Positions 19,310-29,326 are shown, numbered from the stretch's first letter. The stretch: 64,000 bases of DNA from Candidatus Zhuqueibacterota bacterium (GCA_049322915.1 JBMOPW010000016.1:231971-295970), one strand, 5' to 3'. Notes: generated by a model not told the origin, from the sequence alone. Numbers and translations: made by a program.

Positions 19310-19476
19310 TAACCTGAATTATTCATGAACTTGCTCAGAATTTGAGTCAACATTCAGATTTTCAATTAGCTAAATGCTAAGCTATTTTGAAACTCAGTTT
19401 TTATACGTTTATTCTAAAAAGAGCATCATTCAGGTTAGCCAGCCTCCTTTAAAAATACTATGAATAATGCAGGTTA
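19310..19476. mobile_element. Miniature inverted-repeat element (167 bp)
   Basis: Ends TAACCTGAATTATTCAT / ATGAATAATGCAGGTTA match at 16 of 17 bases; AT-rich non-coding interior. Confidence 0.65.
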
Positions 19477-19736
19477 AATTATCGATTCAGAAAAGCTAAC
19501 GTGGTTTAAAGAAAAATGAATCTCACAAAATAAGAATGAATAAAAGGACATCGTCCTGAAAAGTGTGGTTTGGTGGCTTCGCGGCAAGACTACATGCCTG
19601 AATAGCGACGAAAATTCTCTTTAACCCGGAACCGGACGTTTTGCTTAATTAAAGGAATAGGTAATCCAACATTACGAGTGGATATGCGTCCTGATTCTCT
19701 ATCGACTGTACACCATTCACCACTCATCCGTAGCGA

Positions 19737-20405
19737 CTAATCTCGAAGCATGGCCTGGATATCTCCGCTCAGTTTCAAACTCTCACTGTGCATGCTTTGA
19801 TGAAGTAAAAAATTTTGCCTCAAAAGAACCTGATACCCCAATAATAGATTCTTGAATTTATAGTCGCGAATGATGTCCATGCGAACGATTTTTGCAGACT
19901 CAAGATCAATGTGTTCAAACAAAAATGGAATAAAATAGGAATTCAGAAATGAAGAAAAGTTTTGTTCCTGCATTTTTCGTTCATCGTTTCGCTGGTAGTA
20001 TTTGAAAATCTTCTCTTTCAGGGAATAATCTGAAAGGGTGTTCAGGTCGCCGCTGTTCTTAAGGGATTCGTAGGTGCCGGCATTCTGAAAGAACGGATAA
20101 TATTGACTCATGGTCGAGAGAATTACCAAAATCGAGTCGCTGGGGACTGTCGTTTGGTGAAGCAATGCAATGAGACGGGTGATATTCTTTAAGGTATTCT
20201 CTTCATGAGCGATTATATCGGCAAGTTGCACGCTGTCTTTTGCAATGTCATCGTAAAAGCTTTGAAGGTAATTTTTTTCCAACTGGCTGGCTTTGTAATT
20301 TTCCTGGGCGCGGTCAATCATAAAAGCCAGTGTAATTCCGATGATGACAACAATGAGTTCGACGACTTGATTGATCCAGTCTATTTTTGTTTTTTTCATA
20401 GGCAT
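19737..20405 (-). CDS. Membrane-anchored hypothetical protein (DUF6090-like)
   Basis: ELIVVIIGITLAF transmembrane segment, a coiled-coil stretch, and the TYESLKNSGDL motif. Confidence 0.6.
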   Translation of the reverse strand: MPMKKTKIDWINQVVELIVVIIGITLAFMIDRAQENYKASQLEKNYLQSFYDDIAKDSVQLADIIAHEENTLKNITRLIALLHQTTVPSDSILVILSTMSQYYPFFQNAGTYESLKNSGDLNTLSDYSLKEKIFKYYQRNDERKMQEQNFSSFLNSYFIPFLFEHIDLESAKIVRMDIIRDYKFKNLLLGYQVLLRQNFLLHQSMHSESLKLSGDIQAMLRD

Positions 20406-20452
20406 CACTATATTATTTAAAAATTCAAGTATGCACAGAGTAACCACGTGCT

Positions 20453-21844
20453 TTATTTTGGAAACGCGTCCAGAACCTCTGCCGCGAATATTTTGAAATC
20501 CCACGAAGTCGGTTCAATGCTCAAACCGAGCCGAACAAGAACCAGATTGCGCGACGGAATGATGAACACGTGTTGACTTTCGTGGCCCCAGCAGAAGAAC
20601 AAATCCGCCGGCAACGCGGGCATCCATTGGCCATTCGGCGTTTTGGGATTGATCCAGAAATGCGCGCCGTATTTCCATTGCCGCGAGGCTTTCGTCGGAG
20701 AGGTCGAGTAGCCGACCCAGCCCTCCGGCAGAATGCGCTCGCCCTGCCACACGCCATCCTGCAGGTACAACTGGCCAAACCGCGCCCAGTCGCGTGCCGT
20801 GGCGTACATGAACGATGATCCGACAAATGTGCCGGCGGCGTCCGGCTCCAGCACGGCGCCGGTCATGCCGATTTTTCCAAAGAGCGCCTGACCGGGAAAA
20901 CGGAGATAGTCGGCATCCGTCCCGGCCAGTGCATGTTTTAGCAGCCGGGCGATGATATTGGTCGTGCCGCTGGAGTAGTGCCATGTTTCGCCAGGCGGAT
21001 GGGCCCGGGGTTTGTTCGCGGCGAAAGCGGCTGCGTCGCGCTCGACGAATAGCATCTGAGAAACGTCTGTTTTTGGCGTGGTGTATTGTTCGTGAAATTT
21101 CAACCCGCTGTTCATGCGCAGCAAATGGTCGAGGGTGATCGCGCGGCGCGGATCATCGGGTTTTTGCCATTCGGGCAAATTCAGCGGCGCGTCCAGCGAC
21201 AATTTTCCCTGACCAACGAGGATGCCAGCCAGGGCATTGATCACGCTCTTGGTCATGGACCAGCCTAACAGCGGCGTGTCTTTGTTGAAGCAGTCCGCAT
21301 ATCTTTCCGCGACGATCCGGCCTTTGTACGCCACCACAACCGCTCGCGTGCGTCGCAGCCGGGTTGAATCCGGCTCCGAAAATGCATGGTCGATGGCCTG
21401 ATTCAATTTCACCGAATCCACCTCCGCGGGCAGATCCGACAGGTTCACGGCTTCCCCCTGCGGCCAGAGTAATTCGTCACTGAGCCGGGCCATGGCGGGC
21501 AGTCCGGTGCTGCGGTCTTCCGGCTGTACATGGAGCGTCACTCCCAATCCCGGCCTGAAGCTGGCGCGGCTCTTCACCAAACCCAGCAGGGTCGACGCCG
21601 TGACGCTCTGGTTGAGGCTATCGATGTCTACATCGAAAAATTGATAGACAGTGGCCGATAGATCTTCACGAAGCACCGAGTCCGCATTTCGCCCTGAGAC
21701 GAAGATGCCGGAGGCGAGTATTTTAGCTTTGTAACCGGCGCCGATGGCAGCGACCTGCAGCAGATAATTCCCGCCGAAAATCAATGCGATGAGGAGCAAG
21801 ATCAGGCCGATGCATCGAACCTTTTTCAGAGTCGTTTTTTTCAT
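20453..21844 (-). CDS. Serine hydrolase of the beta-lactamase class C / NylB-like family
   Basis: WSMTKS (SxxK), LLRMNSGL, YSSG and ARDWARFGQLYL; N-terminal transmembrane segment. Confidence 0.85.
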   Translation of the reverse strand: MKKTTLKKVRCIGLILLLIALIFGGNYLLQVAAIGAGYKAKILASGIFVSGRNADSVLREDLSATVYQFFDVDIDSLNQSVTASTLLGLVKSRASFRPGLGVTLHVQPEDRSTGLPAMARLSDELLWPQGEAVNLSDLPAEVDSVKLNQAIDHAFSEPDSTRLRRTRAVVVAYKGRIVAERYADCFNKDTPLLGWSMTKSVINALAGILVGQGKLSLDAPLNLPEWQKPDDPRRAITLDHLLRMNSGLKFHEQYTTPKTDVSQMLFVERDAAAFAANKPRAHPPGETWHYSSGTTNIIARLLKHALAGTDADYLRFPGQALFGKIGMTGAVLEPDAAGTFVGSSFMYATARDWARFGQLYLQDGVWQGERILPEGWVGYSTSPTKASRQWKYGAHFWINPKTPNGQWMPALPADLFFCWGHESQHVFIIPSRNLVLVRLGLSIEPTSWDFKIFAAEVLDAFPK

Positions 21845-21968
21845 CCAAAGTCTCCGCGGATAAAGTGGACAGTTGGGATTGAATTCACATTCGTTATCGT
21901 GTCGGAGCAGACAATCAGCGTGCTGGTGCAACCCGAGACCGCGCCCTGACGATGGGCCGCTATAAATT

Positions 21969-22000
21969 AATCAGGCATGGAATTTTTCCCATGCCTGATT
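21969..22000 (-). terminator. Terminator-like hairpin after the 796-aa gene
   Basis: Perfect 12-bp stem AATCAGGCATGG/CCATGCCTGATT. Confidence 0.65.
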
Positions 22001-22013
22001 TCATAAAGCATCT

Positions 22014-24404
22014 TTATATGTCGCTCAATTGACCTGTGACCGGCGAAGGACCGGCGTCGATCTCGTCCAGTGAATAGAAATCGATGCCCGGCACGCGCCA
22101 GATGAAATTGGGATCAACGTAGGGTTCGTCATTCTCATGGCCCTGCATGAGCTCAATTTTCCGTTTCAGCAGCTCGCCGAAATTCTCGCCCAATTGATGC
22201 ACGGATTCGCCATGCCCGGAAATGAGCATAAAATCCGTGGCGCTGGTTTCCCAGAGATGCAGCAACTGCTTTGTGTTTTCAATTTCGGACAGCACCATCT
22301 CTTTCAACAGCGCGCGGCATTTTTTCTTCGTCTCTTTGTCCGATGTGCGCAGATACCCATGCACCCCGGCAATCCACGCCTGGGCATTGCGCTGGGTGAT
22401 GAACCAGTATTTGAGCGCGTGCAGCCGATCGGACAGATCGATAAACAAACGATGGGCAGCCGGATCCGCTTCGGTCTTTTTCACCACGGACAGAATGAAT
22501 TCGAGGACTCTGTCCATCACCGGCCGGATGTTGTCGTCCATTCGCTGCGCATTTCGCGACGCCAAATCCGGCCCGCCCAATTCGAACAACACGTCGCGGT
22601 TCAGGTCCACGCGGGTCGGATTGTGGGGCGGCGCTAACAGATAGTTCTCATAGTAGGCGCGATCTTCCTCAGAAATGGCTTCGATGTTGGGAATGAGGGG
22701 ACGAACCCAGAGCCGGTACCAGGTGATTCCGACAAAGGTGTACAGGCCGACCGGCGGGTAGGCGCGAACGGCTTCCTGAACCATCTGCCAGATTTTATAG
22801 AGATCGTCCGCATGGGCCTGGCCGACCCATTTACGGGCGATGCTCTTCAATGTCGCGTCGATATCCAGGTCCGGATTGAACTGAAACTGTCCGACGATCT
22901 CGCGGTTGATGCACCACGGCGCCAATGATGGCGGGTGAATGCCGCCCTGATTGACCACGTACTGCGCGCCAACCCGGCGCATAGCGCTGAGCTTTTCGCA
23001 CAGCATCCACGGGAACGGAATGCCCAGCAGGGGATCGAAATTCAGATAGAGACCAAAGGAGTAAATCACGTGAGCCAGAGAACCCTTGCCGGTCATCATG
23101 TCCATGAATTCCTTCTCTTCCTGTTTGAACGTATTCTGGTGGGCTGTGGATTGCACCGCATCGACATCCTCGTAGAGTTCGTGCCGGTACGCGGAACCAT
23201 ACCCGCGGCTCAGGAATGACGATCCTTCCACGTCGATTCGTTCGCCGATTTCATTCAACATGTGGGTGCGCTCATCGGCGAACGGCTCCAACCGAAACAT
23301 GACGCGGAAGTTCGGATTGATCTCGGCTGCACCGTCCCTGAGCAGCTTGAAAAAGCTCATGGCATTTTTGGCCGCAGCTTTGGCGACGTCATCCACCGAT
23401 TTCCATTCGCGGATGAGATAAGCGCCGCCGTTAGCGCCCACATAGAGCGAGCGGGTGAATTCGAAGCCGGCGCCGCTGTCGTTGGTGACAATCGAAATGT
23501 ATCCCAGTTCCGGCACTTCGCGGAGCAGGTTCTGAATCAATTCCTTGTAATGCATTCGGACGAACGGATGAGCCAGCGCCATACTGAATCGCGGTTTCAT
23601 GCTGCGAAACGGGTGATCCACGCGGGCGCCGCGCAGCATGGGATATTTTTTCAGCAACTCGTCCGGCACATTGCGCGGCTCAAAGCTGTGCAGTCCCGGC
23701 GTCAGCCCGTATCGCACCGTTTCTGTGGCATATTTTTTCAACAGACTTAAATTGGCATTGAGATATTCCCTCGGATAGATACCATCGTTGAGCTTGCTGG
23801 AGACGAACTGATCCAGCGCCGGGCAATAGGTGTAAAACACCGGGTACACCTCATGCTCCACGCCCGGTTCCAGCCCGTGGGCGGTCGCCAGAGAATTCAC
23901 TTCCACGTGGGAGAAGCCCAGACGGGCATATTCCCGAATGTGCGCCTTCCAGTCCATGTGACGGGACGTGCGATCCAATTGGGTGAGACAACAATCATAC
24001 ACCGGCCGGTTCCACTTGAAACCGATCTCCAGCAGCGTGCCATCGTGAAAATCCCCGGCGGATTGCTCGCCCAGAAAATCAAACAGATGACAGACTGTGG
24101 CGAACAGCAAATGGTTCCGGGCGACGATGATTTCAACATTCCCGTTTTTGCTGAGCCTGATATAGCTCCAGTCCCTGTCTTCCGGCGCGCGGAGTTTTTT
24201 GGCCAGCGCCTCCGGCTTCGGTGCATCTTCTGCGATGAGCAGGAATAGCTCCCCGGCCGTGGCCGAGGCTTCACTGCCGTGCGCCACCGGCAGCTTTCGT
24301 TTCAAACGATCCCCCACCTCGTCGGCGACGGTCTGGTACACCGGTTTTTTCACATCGGGAAATACGACGCGGTCGATTTTATTCAACATGTCGATTACAC
24401 TCAT
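22014..24404 (-). CDS. Hypothetical cytoplasmic protein (796 aa), possibly glycoside hydrolase-like
   Basis: Long ORF with an AGGAG RBS and no signal peptide. Layout resembles a small alpha/beta N-domain, a TIM barrel and a helical C-terminus. No family recognised. Confidence 0.6.
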   Translation of the reverse strand: MSVIDMLNKIDRVVFPDVKKPVYQTVADEVGDRLKRKLPVAHGSEASATAGELFLLIAEDAPKPEALAKKLRAPEDRDWSYIRLSKNGNVEIIVARNHLLFATVCHLFDFLGEQSAGDFHDGTLLEIGFKWNRPVYDCCLTQLDRTSRHMDWKAHIREYARLGFSHVEVNSLATAHGLEPGVEHEVYPVFYTYCPALDQFVSSKLNDGIYPREYLNANLSLLKKYATETVRYGLTPGLHSFEPRNVPDELLKKYPMLRGARVDHPFRSMKPRFSMALAHPFVRMHYKELIQNLLREVPELGYISIVTNDSGAGFEFTRSLYVGANGGAYLIREWKSVDDVAKAAAKNAMSFFKLLRDGAAEINPNFRVMFRLEPFADERTHMLNEIGERIDVEGSSFLSRGYGSAYRHELYEDVDAVQSTAHQNTFKQEEKEFMDMMTGKGSLAHVIYSFGLYLNFDPLLGIPFPWMLCEKLSAMRRVGAQYVVNQGGIHPPSLAPWCINREIVGQFQFNPDLDIDATLKSIARKWVGQAHADDLYKIWQMVQEAVRAYPPVGLYTFVGITWYRLWVRPLIPNIEAISEEDRAYYENYLLAPPHNPTRVDLNRDVLFELGGPDLASRNAQRMDDNIRPVMDRVLEFILSVVKKTEADPAAHRLFIDLSDRLHALKYWFITQRNAQAWIAGVHGYLRTSDKETKKKCRALLKEMVLSEIENTKQLLHLWETSATDFMLISGHGESVHQLGENFGELLKRKIELMQGHENDEPYVDPNFIWRVPGIDFYSLDEIDAGPSPVTGQLSDI

Positions 24405-24572
24405 ACATTTTTCTCCTCGTAATAAACATCTTCTTCATGTATTTGAACTATAGTGAATTATCTTCAGAAAGACCAACAGAGCCATTCATGGATTCCGCGC
24501 GCGGGAACCCGGCGCTGCGGAAAGGCACTCCGGCTGCGGGGATTCGCGCCACGATATTTTAACAACGCTTTA

Positions 24573-25472
24573 CTAAAATTGCAGCATTGCGGACAGCGGC
24601 GCCCGAAACGCCTCCAGCATGAGCACAAGAAAACCGATGCCGAATCCCAGAATCATCAGTTTGTTGAGCCGCTCTTTATAAATCCACGCCGTGAGCACAA
24701 CGCCGCCCAGTAACGAAATTCCCTGGGTCAATGGGAAAACGACAGTCGCCGGCAGACTCATGGCTTTGATGAAAAAGATCGTTCCGCTGGAACTGAAAAT
24801 GCCGACCAGAATTCCGATTTTCACCTCATTTGTGGAAACCATTGGCCGGAGCTTGTTTTTCAGCGCGATGATCAGGACGATGATCGCGGTGACAGCGTAA
24901 GCAATGGTGGCCAAACCGGCGGTATTGTCATTTCCGAACAGTACGTATTTGAGCTTATTGCCGGTGATGAATAAGCCGTTGGACATGAAAACGATGATCA
25001 GCAGAAGAAGGAAGCGCCGGTTCGCCCGGTGAAGACCTGTGTCCGCGACTCTCATCCCGTGCGCGAAAAGAAGCAGCATGATGACAAAGAACAGCACGAT
25101 GAACGGATCGACCAGCAGCACCTGGTCATGAAAAAACAGCGGTGAGATGAGAATGGGCACCAGCAACGACAGATTGAGAATTGTCCAGCTCACGGACGCC
25201 GGGCCGATACGATTGGCCTCGAGAATCAGAAGCAGGGCAATGACCAGCAAAACTCCCATGACGATGCCCTGCGCCCAGAGTCGCGGGTCATCCCAGTGCG
25301 TGACTTCATAGAACGAAGTGATCAGCGAAATAATTCCCCCGGTCAGGGAGAAGACGAACGAGAAGACAACAGGTCGGCATTTGTGCTGCTCAGCGATTTT
25401 ATAGCCCAGACCCATCAAGGCGAAAAGAACGCCGGCAGCGATAGCATACAGAATTACCAATGACATGTTCAC
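24573..25472 (-). CDS. DMT/EamA-family transporter
   Basis: About 10 transmembrane segments in two repeats, with GPASV, LPATVVFP and a C-terminal YKERL. Alternative start ATG 25466. Confidence 0.8.
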   Translation of the reverse strand: MNMSLVILYAIAAGVLFALMGLGYKIAEQHKCRPVVFSFVFSLTGGIISLITSFYEVTHWDDPRLWAQGIVMGVLLVIALLLILEANRIGPASVSWTILNLSLLVPILISPLFFHDQVLLVDPFIVLFFVIMLLLFAHGMRVADTGLHRANRRFLLLLIIVFMSNGLFITGNKLKYVLFGNDNTAGLATIAYAVTAIIVLIIALKNKLRPMVSTNEVKIGILVGIFSSSGTIFFIKAMSLPATVVFPLTQGISLLGGVVLTAWIYKERLNKLMILGFGIGFLVLMLEAFRAPLSAMLQF

Positions 25473-25502
25473 ACTTTCTCAGTAAAATTGTGAGTACCCG
25501 AA

Positions 25503-27563
25503 TCATTTTTTGGCAGCGCCGCAAAGTCGGATGATTGTGAGATATTCAATTTCAGGCACGGTGAAAGTACAGACGCCGTTTTCCATGGTGAAAGGGATGT
25601 CCTGTCCAGCCGGTTCGATGACAACGTTGCTGACGTGCCGGCAACGGACGCGGCAGACGATGTTGTGCGCCGGCTCCACGCGTTCGATCCCGGCAATGGC
25701 CGACTGTCCGCCCTGATGTCCCAGCGAATAGTGAATGAGATTGAGCAGCCAATCGTCTCCGCTGCGCATCAGGTTCGCTTCAATGGTACCGGAAGCGTCG
25801 ATGCGATACGGCTGCCCGGGGTCGACATAACGCAACAGTGCTTCCGTGAATTGCCGCAGCCAGTGGTGATTGGTTCGCCAGTAAATTTCAAAGATGGACG
25901 CAGCGATGTACACGGCCTTGCCCCTGCCGTACGGATGAAGTGTGGCAAAGGGAAATGGCGATGGGCGTTCCGAGGCCGGAGGATAATCGTGACGAAATCC
26001 TTTCACCGGAGGCTGGGATTCCCCGACCGGAAAAATCAGATCTGCCAGCGGAATAGCCCCATCGCACAGCACTTTGAAACAGTCCCCGCGGAGTTGCAGC
26101 GGGATGGCGTCGGTTGCGCCGCGGACTTCGGCGTGCGGAATGAAGTGAGCGACGCTGAAGCTGAGCGGCTCCACGTAACGAATGCCGAACACATCGGCCA
26201 ACGGACAGGTTCCATCGGTGAATATCGAATTGCCGACTGCGACGAGTATGCCCCGGTTGCGGACATAGTCGCGCAGACGTGACTCCATGCCGGGCTGGTA
26301 CGAAGCCGGCTCCGGCAAAATGATCAGCGGAAATTGATTCATATCTTCAGCCAGCACGCTGTAAACCAGGTCGGTCTGAATGTGGCTTTCGACCAGCATT
26401 TTGTGCGCGCCGCGCCAGGCAGGCGCCATGCCTTTCCAATTGAGCTGCGGATTTGCTGCGCACGCGCCGGCGATGAAGGGGAGGTTCGGATCCGGCACCG
26501 GCAGCAATACGACCGAATGCCGAATCGACTCGGCGCTGCGCAAAATATCCTCGCGTTGCTGCACAAAGCCGAAGGATGCGTCGAATGTGTCGTAAACGGC
26601 CGGCTGCAGCGTGCCGTCGACATTGACCTGGTCGCCCACGGTGGGAACCATGCCATTGCCGATAATGGCGGCCAGTTCGGTTCGCAGTTGCGGCTCCGGC
26701 TTGAGCGACATATCGCCCCAGCCCTCGTAAAAACGGACGGTCATCATCTGAATATCGAGGATGTCGTTGCGACCCAGCCGGGATGAAAAGCTATGGCCCA
26801 GATAATCCCCGGGACGGGGCTGACTCTCCCAGACGCCGATATCGCACAGTTCTTTGACCGGGCGGGACACGGCGCTGGCGCCGACAACGTTGCAGCAAAG
26901 GGCCAGTTGCGGATTGGTTCGCCGGAAGATATCGCGAATTTGTAACAGCCAGGTTTCAGCAAGACGCATGTTCAATCGTTGCCGTTGAACCGGCGGGAGC
27001 GCCGGCGTGATGTCGAGATTGAACTCTTTGAGCCAGCGCTGCCGGCAGAATTTGCAGAAGCAGAAATAATCCGGCGCGCCCCACGGAAACGGAATATCGA
27101 TGAACAGCCCATCCACCGGATAGTTGGCGGCAATCTCCTCCAATTGGGGCAGGGCCAGTTCGTCTTTGTAAGGCGTATTCATGCATACGGAGCCGAAGCG
27201 GTCGGAGTAGGTTTTCCCCTCGCCATCCACATAGCGCCAGTCAGGGTTTTCATCGAATGCGCGTTTATCCACGCACAGCGAATAGTAGGCCAGCGTTCGG
27301 ATGCCGCGCCGCCGGCACTCGAGAGCGGTTTCCATGAGAAAATCCTGAGTCAGTCCGCTGTGCCGATGCCCCACGTGGGTATGGTAATAGGAATTGCCAA
27401 AGTGGCATTTGGCAAACAGAGCGACCAGATTGACACGACCGCGCTGGAGGTGATCGACAAATATGCGGGCGTTAAAATTCTTAATTGCAGACCGGGGAAA
27501 TTCCGGCATGTGAAAATCCATGTGGACCTGCCGGTAGCAATCGCGGAACCAGTTGCAATGCAT
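25503..27563 (-). CDS. GH151/GHL6-like glycosidase (putative alpha-L-fucosidase) with trimerisation domain
   Basis: RQVHMDFH, FAKCHFG, YPVDGLFID and FYEGWGD. ATG 27563 follows AAGGA (alternative GTG 27596). Confidence 0.75.
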   Translation of the reverse strand: MHCNWFRDCYRQVHMDFHMPEFPRSAIKNFNARIFVDHLQRGRVNLVALFAKCHFGNSYYHTHVGHRHSGLTQDFLMETALECRRRGIRTLAYYSLCVDKRAFDENPDWRYVDGEGKTYSDRFGSVCMNTPYKDELALPQLEEIAANYPVDGLFIDIPFPWGAPDYFCFCKFCRQRWLKEFNLDITPALPPVQRQRLNMRLAETWLLQIRDIFRRTNPQLALCCNVVGASAVSRPVKELCDIGVWESQPRPGDYLGHSFSSRLGRNDILDIQMMTVRFYEGWGDMSLKPEPQLRTELAAIIGNGMVPTVGDQVNVDGTLQPAVYDTFDASFGFVQQREDILRSAESIRHSVVLLPVPDPNLPFIAGACAANPQLNWKGMAPAWRGAHKMLVESHIQTDLVYSVLAEDMNQFPLIILPEPASYQPGMESRLRDYVRNRGILVAVGNSIFTDGTCPLADVFGIRYVEPLSFSVAHFIPHAEVRGATDAIPLQLRGDCFKVLCDGAIPLADLIFPVGESQPPVKGFRHDYPPASERPSPFPFATLHPYGRGKAVYIAASIFEIYWRTNHHWLRQFTEALLRYVDPGQPYRIDASGTIEANLMRSGDDWLLNLIHYSLGHQGGQSAIAGIERVEPAHNIVCRVRCRHVSNVVIEPAGQDIPFTMENGVCTFTVPEIEYLTIIRLCGAAKK

Positions 27564-27863
27564 CGGGGTGTTCCTTTGAACCGGAATAAATGACACGTGA
27601 CGTTTAAGTTAAGGCTGCACCGGCAAACCTCAAAAGGATGAATAGCGACTTCATCAGCAAATGGCTTGACACCAGCGATTGAAAGGCGACTGCGAAGTCT
27701 GCGAGTTCAGCCCTGCAATTATCCAACCCGGGTAGCCAACCAAAATCAGGAGCAAGCCTGGGTTGTCCGAAGTCTTCAGGCAAATTTCAGGCGCTTCTGA
27801 CCGCGATGAATTTCGAAGTTCAGTCGGGCAGCAATGTCGTGAATATTGAGATCGCGAAAGCCA

Positions 27864-27892
27864 AATATAGGTAAACGACTGAAAAATGTCAA
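27864..27892 (-). promoter_or_regulatory. Near-consensus sigma70 promoter
   Basis: TTGACA-17 nt-TATATT on the minus strand. Confidence 0.65.
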
Positions 27893-27987
27893 GGCATTTA
27901 TAGGTGAATTTTGCCGATGAGCGCATGTTTGCCACCTGTCAATTGGGAGATTTCATATTAACCGCAAGCGCTGCCTGGTTGAAATAG

Positions 27988-28026
27988 CAAAGCCCGAAAT
28001 TCTGGCTGAACGGAATTCGGGCTTTG
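27988..28026 (-). terminator. Terminator-like hairpin after the GH172 gene
   Basis: Stem CAAAGCCCGAA/TTCGGGCTTTG. Confidence 0.55.
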
Positions 28027-28045
28027 GAGTCTGCATGTCCGATGG

Positions 28046-29194
28046 TTATTTGATCTCCAGATAATCCCGATCCGGTAGCTTGGGGAATTTGGCGTGCGGC
28101 TCTTTCTGATACCAGTACGCGACAGAGGAGATATCATCCTGCAATGGCAGATAGCGACCGCCGGAGCGCCAGCCCAGGGCCTGCATGGTCACTTTCAAAT
28201 CTTTCTCGAAACGAACCGGATCCATGATGTGCCAGCGGTACAAACCAAATCGCTGCTGCGAATTCCAGAGTCCGTCCGGGCTGATCACCTGGGGCATCCC
28301 GGCAAAGGGCGTGGAATATTCTTTATATTTATCATCAGCGACAAAGCCGTAGGAACCGCAGAAATAATCTTCGGTACCGGTCCCGCAGATGGTTGGAAAT
28401 TGTTTATCGCCATCGATGAAAAATTTGATCTCGCCTTCGCCCCACCAACCTGTGTTGTTGGAGCCCCAGCACATGTACGTCCCCACAAAGTGCCCCTGGC
28501 CTTTCACTCCATCGAGAATGGTGAAGACGTCTTTGTAGGGCACCGGATTCACGCGCCGGAATTGGGCGTGGAAATAGGCGGCATCCTCCGGCACTTCAGT
28601 GAGGGTGTAGTTGATCTGATAGTACAAGGTCATCTGATTATCATCCAGGTTCTCCATGGTGATCTTGCAGGACTTGCGGAACGGCATCACCCAGTAGCAG
28701 TTGAAGGCGCTGCCCGGATTGACGCACACTGGCAGGGAGTTGACATGGGCATATTTGCCCCAGCCGCAGGCAAAAAAATCACCGACCGGAACTTCGACCG
28801 ATGGCTCGGTTTCGCCGTCCCAATAAAACCGGATGATGGAAAAGCGCCAGTTGCCGGAGGGCGTCATCCATATTTGCTGAATGGCGCCAGAACCCGTGAT
28901 TTCTGCGAGCACATAGGTCTCGTGCGATTTGATGTGGATGTACGGTGAAACTTTCCAGCCCTGGCCTAAGTCGCGCGCCGCTTTGGCAGCCAGTCCATCG
29001 GTGGACATGCCGCCTTTGCCTTTTTCACCGGTGAAATTTTCCGGGCTGATGGAACGTGTTTGGGCGTTGGATAGTCGGGGCAGATTGCCCATATCCATGT
29101 ACAACCCGTTGAATGCTGAACTCTGAGCCAGGACAATGGATGCCGAGAAGACAAGGAGCAAGAATGGACTCAGAATACCCTGTAATTTTTTCAT
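28046..29194 (-). CDS. GH172 (DUF2961) glycosidase, secreted
   Basis: RSISPENFTGEKG, VPVGDFF, WWGEGEIKFFIDGD, GTGTEDYF and SSVAYWYQ. Confidence 0.9.
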   Translation of the reverse strand: MKKLQGILSPFLLLVFSASIVLAQSSAFNGLYMDMGNLPRLSNAQTRSISPENFTGEKGKGGMSTDGLAAKAARDLGQGWKVSPYIHIKSHETYVLAEITGSGAIQQIWMTPSGNWRFSIIRFYWDGETEPSVEVPVGDFFACGWGKYAHVNSLPVCVNPGSAFNCYWVMPFRKSCKITMENLDDNQMTLYYQINYTLTEVPEDAAYFHAQFRRVNPVPYKDVFTILDGVKGQGHFVGTYMCWGSNNTGWWGEGEIKFFIDGDKQFPTICGTGTEDYFCGSYGFVADDKYKEYSTPFAGMPQVISPDGLWNSQQRFGLYRWHIMDPVRFEKDLKVTMQALGWRSGGRYLPLQDDISSVAYWYQKEPHAKFPKLPDRDYLEIK

Positions 29195-29284
29195 GGAACC
29201 CTCCTGAAATAAATGCAGTTACAGTGATTAATTCATAACTACTCAGCAACAAAGATACGAAGGCACAACGTAAAAGAAATATCC

Positions 29285-29326
29285 GAACCCAGAACGCTAA
29301 ACCTTAAACCTTAAACCTTAAACCCG
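29285..29326. repeat. Heptamer tandem repeat (6 units)
   Basis: GAACCCA GAACGCT AAACCTT AAACCTT AAACCTT AAACCCG. Confidence 0.8.

Noticed and set aside
19200..19700. Possible CRISPR array or transposase remnant in the AT-rich gap
   Set aside because: No regularly spaced direct repeats, no cas genes and no transposase-like ORF.
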